Origin: Dimorphilus gyrociliatus
Taxonomy: Eukaryota; Animalia; Annelida
Length of the DNA stretch: 64,000 nucleotides
Assembly: GCA_904063045.1 (NCBI GenBank)
Contig: CAJFCJ010000018.1
Location: 62,001 to 126,000, forward strand
Direction of reading: 5' to 3'
The notes beneath the pieces are model-generated. The model worked only from the letters and a program-made list of their open reading frames with translations, was not told where the DNA came from and did not search any database. This document shows positions 1 to 13,300 of this stretch, piece by piece. The position numbers and the translations under genes were made by a program. Position 1 is the stretch's first letter. Each line of letters opens with the position of its first letter.

Positions 1-71
1 CAACATTTTTTAAAGCTTAATACTCTTCACTTGACTAAAATACGAGCTAATAAATCATTCTTTCCACTCAC

Positions 72-1876
72 AGCATTATCAGGATGAAATAAGTAAGATG
101 CCGGTGAATTATCGACAATAGCAATCTGTTCAATTTCTCGTCCTAAACGACTTAAATCTTTAACGTAGTTTCCGCGATGAAAGACACAGGATTCGCGGAA
201 GAGCCTGGTTCTAAATACATCCCACTTGTCTAGCAGATCAGCAACGGGGTCAGCGTACTGAAACGAAATTTAAAGATTTATTAAAGAGATAAGACCAAAA
301 GCCCTTGATTGGTAATCAAATTACTTTAGCTAGAGAGGCGGTAAAGAGGACACATTCGAAAAGTTGTCCCATTTTTTGCAAGAATTCATCCACATATGGT
401 CTTTTAAGAACATAAACTTGGTGCACTGTTCCTTCGATATCTACAGGTACAATGAAATCCGCATCTTGTACGGGCTATAAACAAATATCTTGTTAGAAAA
501 TTTCAACAGTTGATTCAGAGATAAAATTTATAGGAAGAAATTTTATACTTTAAAGGAGCTATGAACTAATGTCTCGTCCAAGTCTATAATTACACACTTC
601 TTATTCGTATCATCTCGTCTCGGAGGTCCAAGAAGGGGCCGAATCTGACTCGGCTGTAAAATACGAAAAATCCCAGAAGTACAAACTGCAAAATATTTTG
701 AGTAAAAACACCTACTGCTGCATGTCCATTTGGTTGATGTGTAGCCGGGTCGGGCGTTTGATTACGGCCCGTGCAGCAAGTAAATAGAGAACGCCAGAAA
801 CTTCTACTTCTTGGTTTTGTCTGCTTTGGTGTTGTAGTAGAAAGTGGCACTATTAAAAAGAAAAACGGGTCATGAAGATAAAAACGAAGCATTTCTATTG
901 TTTATTTATTAAACAATAGAACAATTTTTTTTATTTTAAAATATTCATAAAAATAATATTAAAAAAACAACATTTATTTTTGTATAAGATGCCTGCTGTT
1001 AAATAAATTAGAAGGGAAGGCCTAGTCTTGTATTTCATACTTTTGAAAGAAAACATCGCCTTAAAATTGTAAGCCTGCTCCTGACATATATATATATATA
1101 AGAATATGTGTCGCATAAAATAGATATTTGAATATATTCAATTGTTAAACTGTCGCGCAGCTAACTTAATATAAAGCCAATCGCTTTTATCGATTCTGGT
1201 GAACCTTCAAATATGTAGGCTCAATTTTTCACTGTGTTTATTCAAAGCGGCAGAATTTTTGCAAATAGCCTATAAACTTTTCATCCTAACTAATTAACGT
1301 AAGGAAAGCCATACATCAAACAATGATATGATAGTAATAAAATATAAAAAGGAAATAAGAAATTCGGCAAATTGCTATAGATCAAATAAAACTAATTATC
1401 TAATAGAACAAGCTATTGTTAGTGGTTAAATAAAATGAATACAACGTACATATGCTATTCGAAGATGGGCGTGGCGACGTTGCAGTAAAAGTTGGATATA
1501 ACTTAACTGGTGCGCTTAACATTTTAGTTTGAATTGCTAAATTGCAAATTCTAGCAATGCACCTTTATCATCAATCGAGTGTTATCTCAAAAAAGAGCTG
1601 TGAAATCAATAAATTCTTTCCTATCAGGTTCAAAATTCACTTCGACTGCCAGTTGATTGGCGCCTATTTTTGGAAAATTTTAATGAAAATACCCGATTTT
1701 CACTGCGAGAACGTATATTACGATTGAATTTTACATCTTATTTACACTTCTTAGCAAGTCAAACACTCCTAGTGCTAGGGTACGAACAAAATTAAGAAAA
1801 ATTTACTTGAACTTCCATATGGTCCGAACTGCTCCTCATCCCTATTCACCTGCGTTATAATGGACGTATTGTCCAT
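72..1876 (-). CDS. CTDSP: Small CTD phosphatase (SCP/CTDSP family, HAD), 3' end continues beyond position 1
   Basis: Phase-consistent exons 1876-1807 ([15 protein letters not shown]), 849-716 ([14 protein letters not shown]), 653-549 ([17 protein letters not shown]; DLDET at 584-570), 474-325 ([31 protein letters not shown]), 257-72 ([10 protein letters not shown]...[21 protein letters not shown]...IVDNSPASY). All introns GT-AG. Confidence 0.95.
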
Positions 1877-2310
1877 TTATTCGATTATATCCGTTAGTAA
1901 ATTAATCAGTTTCCGAGCTATCAAAACAAACCAGAACGAAATTCAATATGGAGAAAAAATGGCGCATAAAAGTCTCCAGTCGATATGAATATTCAGTATT
2001 TCAAAATTTTCCATAACTTCACTTAATCTACAAGATTACGAAGGGATTATTCGAAAAATATATAAACGTATTTGGATAGTCCAATTTTTCAGCACAAATA
2101 CGTTCTGTCACTATAATGTGTACTTTGTTTCAGAAGTGTTTAAACCAAAATGCGCGAGACTTAGATACTTCCGGTTGTGTCTGGTCTTTAAAAAAGAGAA
2201 ATACAAAAATAATTTTTTTTAACTAAACATAGTTTTTTTTAAAATAAAGGAGAAAATGTTCATTTACAAATTATGTTATAAAATCCGAGAATGCGGTACT
2301 TGTCAATAGC

Positions 2311-2322
2311 GCGCCCTCTGCA
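2311..2322 (-). promoter_or_regulatory. CTCF-like motif between divergent CTDSP and SLC15 genes
   Basis: Reverse complement TGCAGAGGGCGC resembles the CTCF core (CAG[A/G][G/T]GGC[A/G]C). An ETS motif ACTTCCGG lies at 2167-2174. Confidence 0.4.
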
Positions 2323-2550
2323 TTAGGCCTAAAAGGGTTAATAAAAGGCCAAAATTTATTATTAAATTTCTGATTGGTTTATGGAATCTAATTAACACTA
2401 GTTTCATTCTGAGATAAAAGTATTCAGGTGTCTAAGTAGTTTTTTTCAATTTTTAAACTATAATAAAGCTACTACGGGTTACAACAAGAGGAAAATATGT
2501 GATAAATGCAATCACAATAGCGTTGTAAACATTTGGTTCTTTATTTGGAT

Positions 2551-5500
2551 ATGACAAGTAGCGACGATACAGATGACGAAATAGCATATAGGTACAGAAT
2601 GGAACTAGAAACGAAGAAAAAAGAGGCAAAAAATTTAATAAAAGATAATAATAAAGTAAGGGAATTTTTTTACTGTTTTAACATGCTTCTTAACAATAGA
2701 AAGAAATGATTGTCCTGAAATATAGTCTAAGCTTGAAATCTGAGAGAAAAATTTAGGATCTTTCTTATTTATTTCAATGCATAAGTCAATTTCAATGAGA
2801 GAAAGAGAGAAAGAGAAATTGAAAATAAGTGATAAAAATATTTAATCTAATTAACTTAACATTCTTAATAGGATTCTAAAGGACTATTCAAAGGTTTTCC
2901 AAAGTCTATACTCTATATTTGCGGAAATGAATTCTGTGAAAGATTTTCTTATTATGGATTAAGAGGTAGTGTTCTTAAGAATATAAAGATCTTCCTTTCT
3001 AATGGAGGATAAACCTTAAAATTTTCCTAATTTTTTTTTATTATAAATAATAAATATAGCTATTTTGGTAATCTACTTGAAAAATTTTTTACACCTAACT
3101 GAGAATAGTGCAACTGCAATATATCATACATTCGTCATGGTTTGTTACTTTTCTCCCCTCTTTGGTGCCATGCTAGCTGATGGATGGTTAGGAAAATATA
3201 GGTAAATGTGGAAAGATGTTCTAAAAATATACTTCTATTAAGGGTTATTAATCTTTTAGAACTATATTATATATGTCACTTTTCTATGGAATTGGAAATG
3301 CTGTTCTTGCCCTTACAGCTATTCCTCCCTCAGAAATGTAAGTTATCAAAATGAGATGATATTATTATAGATAAATATTATAAATTATTCATTTCAACCT
3401 TAAAAAGTCCTGGTCCGATAGTGGCATTATTAATTATCGGTGTAGGAACGGGAGGTATAAAACCTTGTGTATCGGCATTTGGAGGAGATCAGTTTAGCGA
3501 ATCCCAACAACAACAAAGACAATTATATTTCTCCATCTTTTACTTTTTGATAAATGCGGGAAGTTTCATAAGCATATTTCTTACGCCCATCTTACGAGGT
3601 TGGTTTCTTCCTAACTATCTTCTCTTACATACTCATTAAAACCGAATTAAATTTCTCATGATTTTATTTATTTTTACAATCTTCTTTGTTTATAGCCAAC
3701 GTTTCGTGTTTTGGTAAAGACTGTTACCTTTTGGCTTTCGGTTTGCCCGCAATTCTAATGTTTTTATCAATAAGTGAGTTACAACACTCTAATGTTAAAT
3801 GAAAAACAATTTTAATACAATAGGGATAAAATATTCATTCATGTTTATTTAATTCTCTTTTATTAGTACTGTTTTTTGCTGGGGGTAATTATTATAAAAA
3901 ATTCCCACCATCTGGAAATGTTATTGGCCAATTAATAAGTATAAGTTGGGTTAGTTTGTTATAAAATATGACATTTATTCATTTTATATAATATAATTTT
4001 TATAAATCAATCTCTTTTATTGTCTTTTTTCCCTCATTCCCCCTTTTCTCTATAGAGGGGCTTTCGTAATCGAATTCGAGGGAAACAGGAAGGAAAGAAG
4101 CATTGGTTAGACTATGCCGAAGACAAATACGAGGTTGTTTGAAAATAATAATGAAATATATGATTATTTATTTAATAAAATACTTTACAGCCAGAGCTAA
4201 TTTCCGATGTTAAAGCTGTGTTGAGAGTGGGATTTTTATTTCTACCCTTACCCATTTTCTGGGCTCTATACGATCAACAAGGATCGCGATGGACATTCCA
4301 GGCGGCCAGAATGAATTTAAGCTTAGGTCCTTTAGGCAATTTAAAACCTGATCAAATCCAAGCAATCAATGCGTCGTTAATACTAATGTTTATTCCATTT
4401 TTTGATTTGGTTATATATCCATTGCTGGATAAATTAAAGATTCCAAATAGGTTTGACATAATTTTAACTAATTTTTTTTAGTAATCGTAATATTATATTA
4501 ATGAAATATTGATAGACCTCTTCAAAGAATGTGCAGCGGTATGTTGTTGGCCGCTGTAGCCTTTTTCGCAGCTGGATTCCTGGAGATCCACTTACAGGTA
4601 TTTATCTCATTATATCCAGTAATAAGCTTTTTGAAATAACCTCTCCGAATAACCTTTGCTCTCTATCTCTCCCTTTAATTATTAGAAATCATTACCGCCA
4701 AAGATTCCAAACAACCAAACAAATGTCAGATTTATCAATACAGCACCCTGCTCAATTTCAATAAACGGGATTTCTAGTGAACCTTTCAATATGACTGGAG
4801 GAATCAATAATGTAAGCTTCTTAGCAAAAAAGATGGTAAAGGTTTATCATAAATGAAAAGTTTATACTTTTTTCATTATATAAAGCTAAGAGACGCCTTC
4901 CTACCAGCTGGGAATTATTCAATGATTATCGAAGCGGCTCCAGCATGTAAAGCTGCGGAATCCCGATTTTCAAGTATGTTTGAGGGAGGCGAAAGATATT
5001 ATGTTATTATTGGAAAAAACGATTCTCAATCATTAGCAAAATCGGTAGGGATTATGGAATTTTCCATCCAACCGAAACACTTGTGTTAACAAATTACTTT
5101 TTTTTTTACCGCAAAAGTTTCTTCAATCAAAAGAAAAACCAAAAGACGGAGGTGCTGTTGTAAAGTAATATAGTCAATTTTTACTTGTTTACCTTACATC
5201 AATAGTTTATTTAACCTTGATATTTTATTAATTAAATAGCAAAAGCTGTTTGATTAGGGTGTAAGTGTAATATTATTAACGAATACTTTTATTCTATATA
5301 GGATAATCGTGTTTGATTTTAAAGTTAATCCCGAAACGGAGGTAATATTAGAAAAAAACTCCCAAATGGATCAGTTTAACGTGACTGCTTTTGAGCCTTC
5401 ACCCAATAGGGAAATCCAGCCCGGAGAGTTAGTTGTTTATATTCATTTATATAAGGTTATCAATTTAAGGTAGAAAGCTATATTTTTTATTTCCTTAGGC

Positions 5501-6542
5501 ATAAAATAAGAATTTATGGTCTAGACAACGAGACAATTATTATTCCAGAAAGTATAAACCTTCGAAATGGGGGTGCTTACACAATTCTACTATTTAGAAG
5601 TATGCTGAATGAATCAGATAACAAGGTGAGAGATCAATATATACATGTGAAATATTCTAAATATGTAAAACATCACAGCCATGCTTTAGGCATTGATTAG
5701 ATTTCAGTTCTTTTTTATTTCTTTAATTTTTTTTGTACATTGATCATAACGCGTCAATATCTGTATGCTTTCTGATCAGAAACTAGAATGCGAAGTAATT
5801 ACTCTCTGTGTAGATTGTATATAAATTTATATATATATATATACTGTAATTAATAATATAGTAATATTCCTCTATGCCATACTGCACTTATTAATTGAAA
5901 AAGATTATAATTATAATTATTTGCATATTGGAAATTTTCTAATTTTCCTGAGTAAAGAAATTATATAGAAATTTTTAATTAACATTTTAGAATCATTGAT
6001 AAAAGCTTCTATTTATATACAATTTATATATACTTTCATATTTATATAGTATTTTTTCTTCACTCTCTTTTTTCAATATAGATGATAGCTGAAGTTCACA
6101 CTGACTTGGAGCCAAATGAGTTATCAATTGGGTGGCAAGTACCACAATACGTTATCATAACTGCGGCTGAAATATTATTCTCTATTACGGGATTATCTTT
6201 CGCCTATTCTCAAGTTAGTTTTTAAAGCATTATTAAAACTTTATTGAAAATACTCCTTTCCTTTTCTCTCTCTCTCGTCCCATACTACAGGCGCCATCTA
6301 GCATGAAATCAGTCGTTCAAGCTCTCTGGCTGTCCGCAACTGCATTTGGAAACTTGATTGTAACCATTGTAGCCGAAGGAAAATTTTTTGAGAATCAAGC
6401 TGTTGAATTTTTCTTTTTTGCCTTTGTGATGATTTTTGTAACCTTATTATTTGGTACACTTGCATATTTTTACAAATATGTGTCTTACGATCAAATTGAA
6501 AGTGAACGTCATGAACTTTTGGATTCAACGAAAGGCGATTAA
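2551..6542 (+). CDS. SLC15A1/2-like: Proton-coupled oligopeptide transporter, PepT1/PepT2 (SLC15A1/2)-like, with large extracellular domain
   Basis: Exon 2551-2655, then 2872-2965 with ICGNEFCERFSYYGLR (ExxER motif). Later exons give LADGWLGKY, GTGGIKPCVSAFGGDQF (PTR2 signature), LPIFWALYDQQGSRWTFQA, WQVPQYVIITAAEILFSITGLSFAYSQ|APSSMKSVVQALWL. Stop at 6540-6542. Extracellular-domain exons lie at about 4680-5630. Confidence 0.95.
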
Positions 6543-7374
6543 AAAACTCTTAAATTTGCTATTAACTTTTCTTCTTCTTTTTCTTCTTCTAACTGCAGAA
6601 TTTTCAATCGCTCTTTACCAGCAAATATATAAATAATCAAATAACTTTTAATTTACTCATTAAAGTAGTTTTTAATAATACGCACTTTTATTTCGCTTGA
6701 AAATGCTATTAGTAGTGTCAACTTTTTTAAGTTGCTCTTCTTTCTAAAACTAAGTGAAAATTTAGCCAGAGGAAAACAGATGAAAAAACTGTACAAAGAA
6801 AGGAGAAAGAAGAGATTTAAATCGAGATAAAAATGACATTTAAATGTATAGGGTGCATCAATAAAAATTACAATCATTAATTGAGGTGAGCACCAATGAA
6901 CGTTTCAAGTTATAATAAAAAATATATCAACAACATAAATATAGCATAAATAAATCTGCATAGACAATAACAATCTAAACATAGAATAAATAATAAACAT
7001 CTACTGCACAATAGAAATACCGAGTAAATGAAAATTTTCTTCTTAAATAAAAATGACGTCGATTATCGATTAACTCAAAAAGTAAACATAAAGAACGATA
7101 AAAATCCTTTCTTGTATAGCAGTTAATACAACATATTGCCATTTAACACAAAATCTTTTTTGTCATTATTACCAATCAAGTATCAATAATCGAACGACAA
7201 TTTACAAAGCCTTTTATTTGGTATCTATAATTAAAAAAAAAGTATTCAATCCTATATAGCAGTAGCGTAAAGAAAAATTATCGGTAAAAAAAATGAAAAA
7301 AGTTAGTAAACTAACTAGCTCACTTATAGCTCACTTTTGAAAGTATTTTTATACTTTCGCTAGTTTTATTGGTT

Positions 7375-10300
7375 CTAAAAAGCATCTTTTAGAGGAACTA
7401 TGTCGGGAACTCCCGTAGAGCGTTCATCGCCGGCCTCTCGCTCCAAAGCGGCCAGCAAATGACGTAATCGTTCATTATACGGAGCAATGGATAATGCCAT
7501 TTGGACATCGGCCACTGCTGCTTGCAAGTGTCTTGCGTCTCTGTAAGCCCTACAGCGTTCTTGATAAGCTTCAAAGCTAGACGGTGAGAGGTGGGCAGCT
7601 TTCGTTGCATATTCAATTGCCGTTTGGGGATCCTGTTGAAATGATATTTCATTTATACAAAAGACTTTTGCATTATTTATTTATTCTTACATCCATTTTC
7701 CTTCTACATCTACTTAGATTGAGTAATATCTGGAAACGAAGTTCATGGAGTTGGCTATTATCCTCTTCAGCCGTAGCAGGGGTAGCCTTTTTAAGGGCAT
7801 AGTTGTAGCGATGCTCAGCTTCCTCGATTCGCCCTTTCTGTAATCAGGGAGATTAATAAGAATCAGCTGCATGGGTTATTATTTTCTTCTTATTTCATAT
7901 AATCTACCTTATATAAAATGTGAGCATCTTGCAGTAATTTGTGTAAGAGGAGCAGAGTAGCTTCGCCATCTGCTAAAGACCAAGTAACACTCGATAACTT
8001 AGCCCCCTTCCTTAATAGAGCTACAATTGCTGACACATTCTTTTCTTTTACAGCAACATCAAGTGGTCGTAGATTTTCGTTATTTGACTCTTCCATATTA
8101 CAATTTTGTTCCAACAAGTAATCCATCTAAACACAAATTAGAATATGAATAATGTTAAATAGTTTATTCTCTTGTGAATATGGAAAAATTAAATGAAAAA
8201 TATTACCATCTCAGAGGAAGGCGTTTTTGTAGCGGCCGCTAAATGTAATAAACCGCAGCCATTGTTATCAACGACATCTGAGTCAACTTTTGCCTGAATA
8301 AGTTTTCTCAAAGCCGATACTTGATTGTTACGGCATGCATGAATCAGACATGTTTGTCCTTTGAGATCCTTGGTTAGTGTTGATGCGCCTTTTTCTAAAA
8401 GAACTTCAACAACTCCAACATGTCCGTTTGCAGCTGCGAGCATAAGAGCAGTCTCTCCTCTGTTATTTCTTTCCTCGATGGAACAGCTAGAGTCCATCAG
8501 AAACTTTTCTAATAGTTGCCAATGCCCATTTTTGGCCGCTACAAGGAGAGAACTCTCACCATCACCGTTTAGAACGTCTATTCGGGCTCCTTTGCTCAAA
8601 AGAAGATCAACAAGAGCATGATGCCCATACTGGCAGGCACTGGATAAAGCAGTGCTTTGTTGTAACTGATCAGTAGCATTGATATCTAATACTTGACCCG
8701 GAGGTAGGACTTTGCAATTTAGTACATATTCAACTATTTTGCGATGACCTCCAGAAGATGCTGAGACTAGAGCACACTGAAGTCTCTGTAGGAGAATATC
8801 ATTACCGAAACTGGACCAATCACATTGTAACAGCAGTGAAACTGCATCTAAGTGTCCATTAGCTGAAGCATGAACAAGGGCACAATAATTTTTATCGTCC
8901 TTGTGGATCAACTGTTGGCATAAAGAAATGTAATTTTACATGCATTTATTCGAAACCAATTCAACATACCCTAGCATTCTGACTTAATAACAATCTTAAA
9001 ACGTCAACGTGACCATTACACGCTGCTAAACAAAGAGCACTTTCTCCAGTATCTGTGCTAGAATTGATGGTAGCTCCAAATTCCAAAAGAGTTTTCACCA
9101 TCTCAAAATAGCCCAATGCTGAACAAATGCACAACATAGGCGATCCGCTTATCAGGGCATCGGGATTAGCTCCTGCCAAAAGTAGCAGCCGAGAAACCTT
9201 AACATTCGGAGCATAGACATTTGAAAGATGCGATAAGGCGGCCGTTAAGGATTCGGAGCTTAATGTCAACCAGAAAGCTTGGGTATCCCTAGTGTTAAAC
9301 CCTAAGGATTTACTTAAATTTTTATAAATATGAGCTTTTAGAATATGATGCCCTAATTCAAGGGATAGAGCAGCTTTCAGAGGTAAGGCCTTTGCGCACC
9401 TACTTAACCTCAAAGCATGGGCAGCATGGCCTTTCCTGTTTTGAAAAATGAGTTATATTATTATATTCATCAGCTAGTAGCGTTTTTTACTACTTACTTT
9501 AAATCCAAAGCAAAGCGACTAGGGTTCGATGAGTCGGATCTAAGCGAAATTAGCCATTCTTTGAAACTCTGATGAACGAATTGTAGTCTTTCATCGCACT
9601 TTCGACTAACAATAAATTCACCAAGATCTTGAATAGCTTGAAAAATATCCTCTAATCCAACAATTTTATTGTACAAGCAACTATTAATACACTCCCTAAC
9701 TTCTTGAACAGTCAGCGGGTAAAGAGAGGTTGAACAAGTATTTAATATCATAACAACCCTTTCGTAGGCTCTAACTGTTGTAAATTTAAGATTAAATTGT
9801 AACTGATATATTTCAGTGATAGTTTGAGGTAGAGTTCTATACGAAGATGCTTTTACAGTCAATTTTCCACACTGTATCAAGTCCAATATCATTTTTGCAT
9901 ATAGCATACAACCTTTTGAAACAACCGCAATGTGATTTATAAAGGGTTCATAATTATTCATATCTTTGCAATCTAACTGAGCGCCACTCAAAATGTTTTG
10001 CTGTAGACTAGTAGCATGCTGAATTCTATAAGAAGTATAGGCAAAAGTGTCTTTGTACAAGTGTTCCATCGCCTTATCCATATGAATTCTAGTATATGGT
10101 AAATCTTTACCAATTTCCCCATAATTTGTCCTTACAGTTACTATAACCTTTAGCCAAACAGGAAAATCAAAAGCATGTTTTACCAACAAACTAGCAATAG
10201 TTTGGCCATAATCAGGTTTGTAATATTCTGCCTCAGAGAGAGAATCAATTATTATTATATAATAGTTATCAACGTTTATCTTTCTTCCAACAGCGAGCCT

Positions 10301-13300
10301 CTTGAGGGGCTCTAGTATGCCTTGCAGCAAACTTTTGGATGGATTTTTTGTACAAGATTCTAAGGAGAGTATGTCCTGGTTTTTTGATTCAGCTAATAAG
10401 TAAGACTTATAGGCAACCAGGTGTGGCGAACTAGATAATTGACTGGCTAGAGTATGCACAAATTCAGGAACCAGGCACGTTGGACTATTATCAGCCTAAA
10501 AAAGACAGTAGAAAATAAGATACATCAATGGAGCCGTTTTCTTTAAAAGTATTTAGATGTTTTATTTTAAAAGGCCACTAACCTGACAGAAATGATATCC
10601 TACTAAACGGCTGGCCAGGGAATGTAAAGGATCGAAGGATGTAGCTAAACTTAAATTAGAGGCATGTATCGCTCCCCTTGATGATAAAGAAAGACTTGAT
10701 GAAAGTATAGAAGTACTGTTCTTTAAAGTTCCCGTGTGATTATGCTCTTTGTCTGTTTAGTAAAAAAAAATAAACGTTTAAAATGGCACACTTTGCAAGG
10801 CACGAGTATTCAATAAACAAACCATTCAAGTGGACTAGCATTGGCAAATGCGACCCACTACAGCTGTAATTTACCAGCACTTCTGCTAAACTCGTCTTCC
10901 CCACCCCAACGCTAGCTGTTATCATTACGCCTCGATTCTTTGACAGATCCTCATTTGTTAATGCCTATATGTGGTTAAGCGAATCATTAGTGTGATTGCA
11001 TTGAAAAGTCAGCTTGTAACACGCAAAATCCCATTAAAAATGTAAGCCTACCCCGTCGATGTCTCTGAATAGCCATTCCCTTCCGATAAAGTTCGAAACC
11101 CTTTCCAGTTTGGGAACCTGAAAGTTTTAAAAGAATTAATTACAAATAGCTAGGAAATGATTGATAAAATTAAATTAGATTGTTAAATTGATATCCGAGA
11201 AATAAACAGCTTACTTCGAAAGCTAATGGTCTAAACGGCAATTTCCCTTGAGGAATTCGATTTCCGTAGATGTTCGACGACCTTTCAGAATTAAATAGCG
11301 AATTCTGCATCGATTGCATCGAAAACATAGAGGGTGAGGAAAATTTTGAGCGGGTCGGTGAAGCGGATCTAAAAGTTGGATTAAAAATCTCTCGGGGGGC
11401 GGTTGGGACGGAAGTTGACATCATATTAGCTTGCACTTCCATGTGAGCGAAATCTGTGAATATTAATGATAAGATTATTTAAAAACCGAACTTTATTTAT
11501 AGATATTCTAATTAGGATTACGAAAGTGTATTTCAAATGGAAGTAGACACTCGTAGTAGGCTAAATTTAAATTTAGTTTATAAAATCCAGAAAGAGGCAG
11601 GTAACGATTGAAAGGTATTTGAAAACTGGAATTAAACGAGCAATGCAGACTATTTTTTGTTCCAACTATGTTCTAAATTCGAACATCTGCCTCGATATGT
11701 CAAAACGGGAAGGAAGAAAACTAGAGAAAGAGACTTGAAGAAAAACCGACTAGGCGAATTATTTTCCTAGATCTAATTACGCCTACTTCAATCAAGCTGA
11801 GGCGGGCAATGAGTTTATTTATATTCTCCGCTTTTAAAAGTACTTAAAGCAGCTATTAATCAGTACAGTAGACTGATATAATTACTAGGCGCTAAATCAC
11901 CATTGACCAGTATACAATACTGCTTAACAAATAAATACTAACCATGTAAAGTAGAGCCAGGGCTAATATCACAAACTCGACCTTTCTCCGATTCTGCACT
12001 TCCGTATGAACTCGAGGATGTGAAGGAATTATTATGGTTCATTATTGCAGTCGTTCTTTCACAATTTTTAACAGGCTTTTTTGATAAAACAGCATCCAAT
12101 TGAGTCATTAAATCATGATGAGCTACGTCTGGAGGTGGAGGATCATGAGGTGGCGTTCCCTCGATTAAGAAATTATTACTTCCACCAACTCCAGGATAAT
12201 TCCTTGAAACTCCCATGACTGTTCTAGGACTGCTTGTATGAGATCTTTTAAAGTAGTTCGAAGTGGGAATCATCGAACTTAGGCTATTCCGCCCACAAGT
12301 GGAATAACCCCCTTGAGACCCCGTCATTATTCTTGGCCTGGTTACGTCTTGTATGTTCATAGGTCTATAAATGGAGCGTTGACCAGTCAGTTGTAGATTA
12401 TACAGCTCCATGTCTTTTTCGGGTTCCGTGTGCATGGTTCTTGCTTTTGTTAGCTTTCCTCTTTTCTTCTTCGTACCTTTCTCACTTTTTGGAGATTCTA
12501 CTCTATCATAGCAAATTGGTCTAGCACCATAAATATTTCTATTAGAAGAAGCCTCTAAATCGTTGTACCCAGCCAAGTATCCTTCACGATATCCTGGAGC
12601 CGAATAGGCCATATCGAAAGAAGGGCTTTTTGTATGTTGGAGATGAGGGTAGCGGTGACCCAAAGATGCATCACTGTTATCAATCGAAGAGGTCTTATAA
12701 TGACCAGTTGGTAAGGTTACGGGTATTGAAGTAGGTGCAAAGTGATAATAATCTCCTGTTCCGGAACTGTATTTTGTTGGAATGTCTGTGGCTAATTCTG
12801 CAGGGTAAGGAGGTACTGGAGGAGGCGGTTGTTGTTTAGTAGCAGGATTGGGCTTTGGTGGTAGTTCGGGTGGTTGCTCCTTCTTCTTTTTTGAGGTTGC
12901 TAATAATAAATATATATAAGGCAAAGTAATGTAAATAAATAAAGTGTATGAGGTCTGATATGGAACATCTGTTCATGTTCTGTTTCAGCAGGGAATCGGG
13001 TAAACTGGGGTCAAACACTGCTTGTACATGCCAATTTAGTTTTTTTTTCTCTTTACAAGATCCAGTCATAAAACATTTAAATAGATAAAACAAGTTTTCA
13101 GCAAAGGTCGTTAATATAAATCGTAACGAGGATGCAGGAAATCAAAGGGAGAATAAGTTTCTTATTTTTATGATGGATTATTCAGATAAAGAACATCTGC
13201 CTATATTCAGCCCAGTGCAAAGTCAGACAAACAAGGGTCAAGTGTTTGTCATTACTTCACAAACTTACTTCAAAAAATGTCATTTACTAAATTCTGTATG

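Noticed and set aside
5769-5782. 14-bp palindrome TTTCTGATCAGAAA in an SLC15 intron
   Set aside because: AT-rich, and no matching C box or other context supports function.
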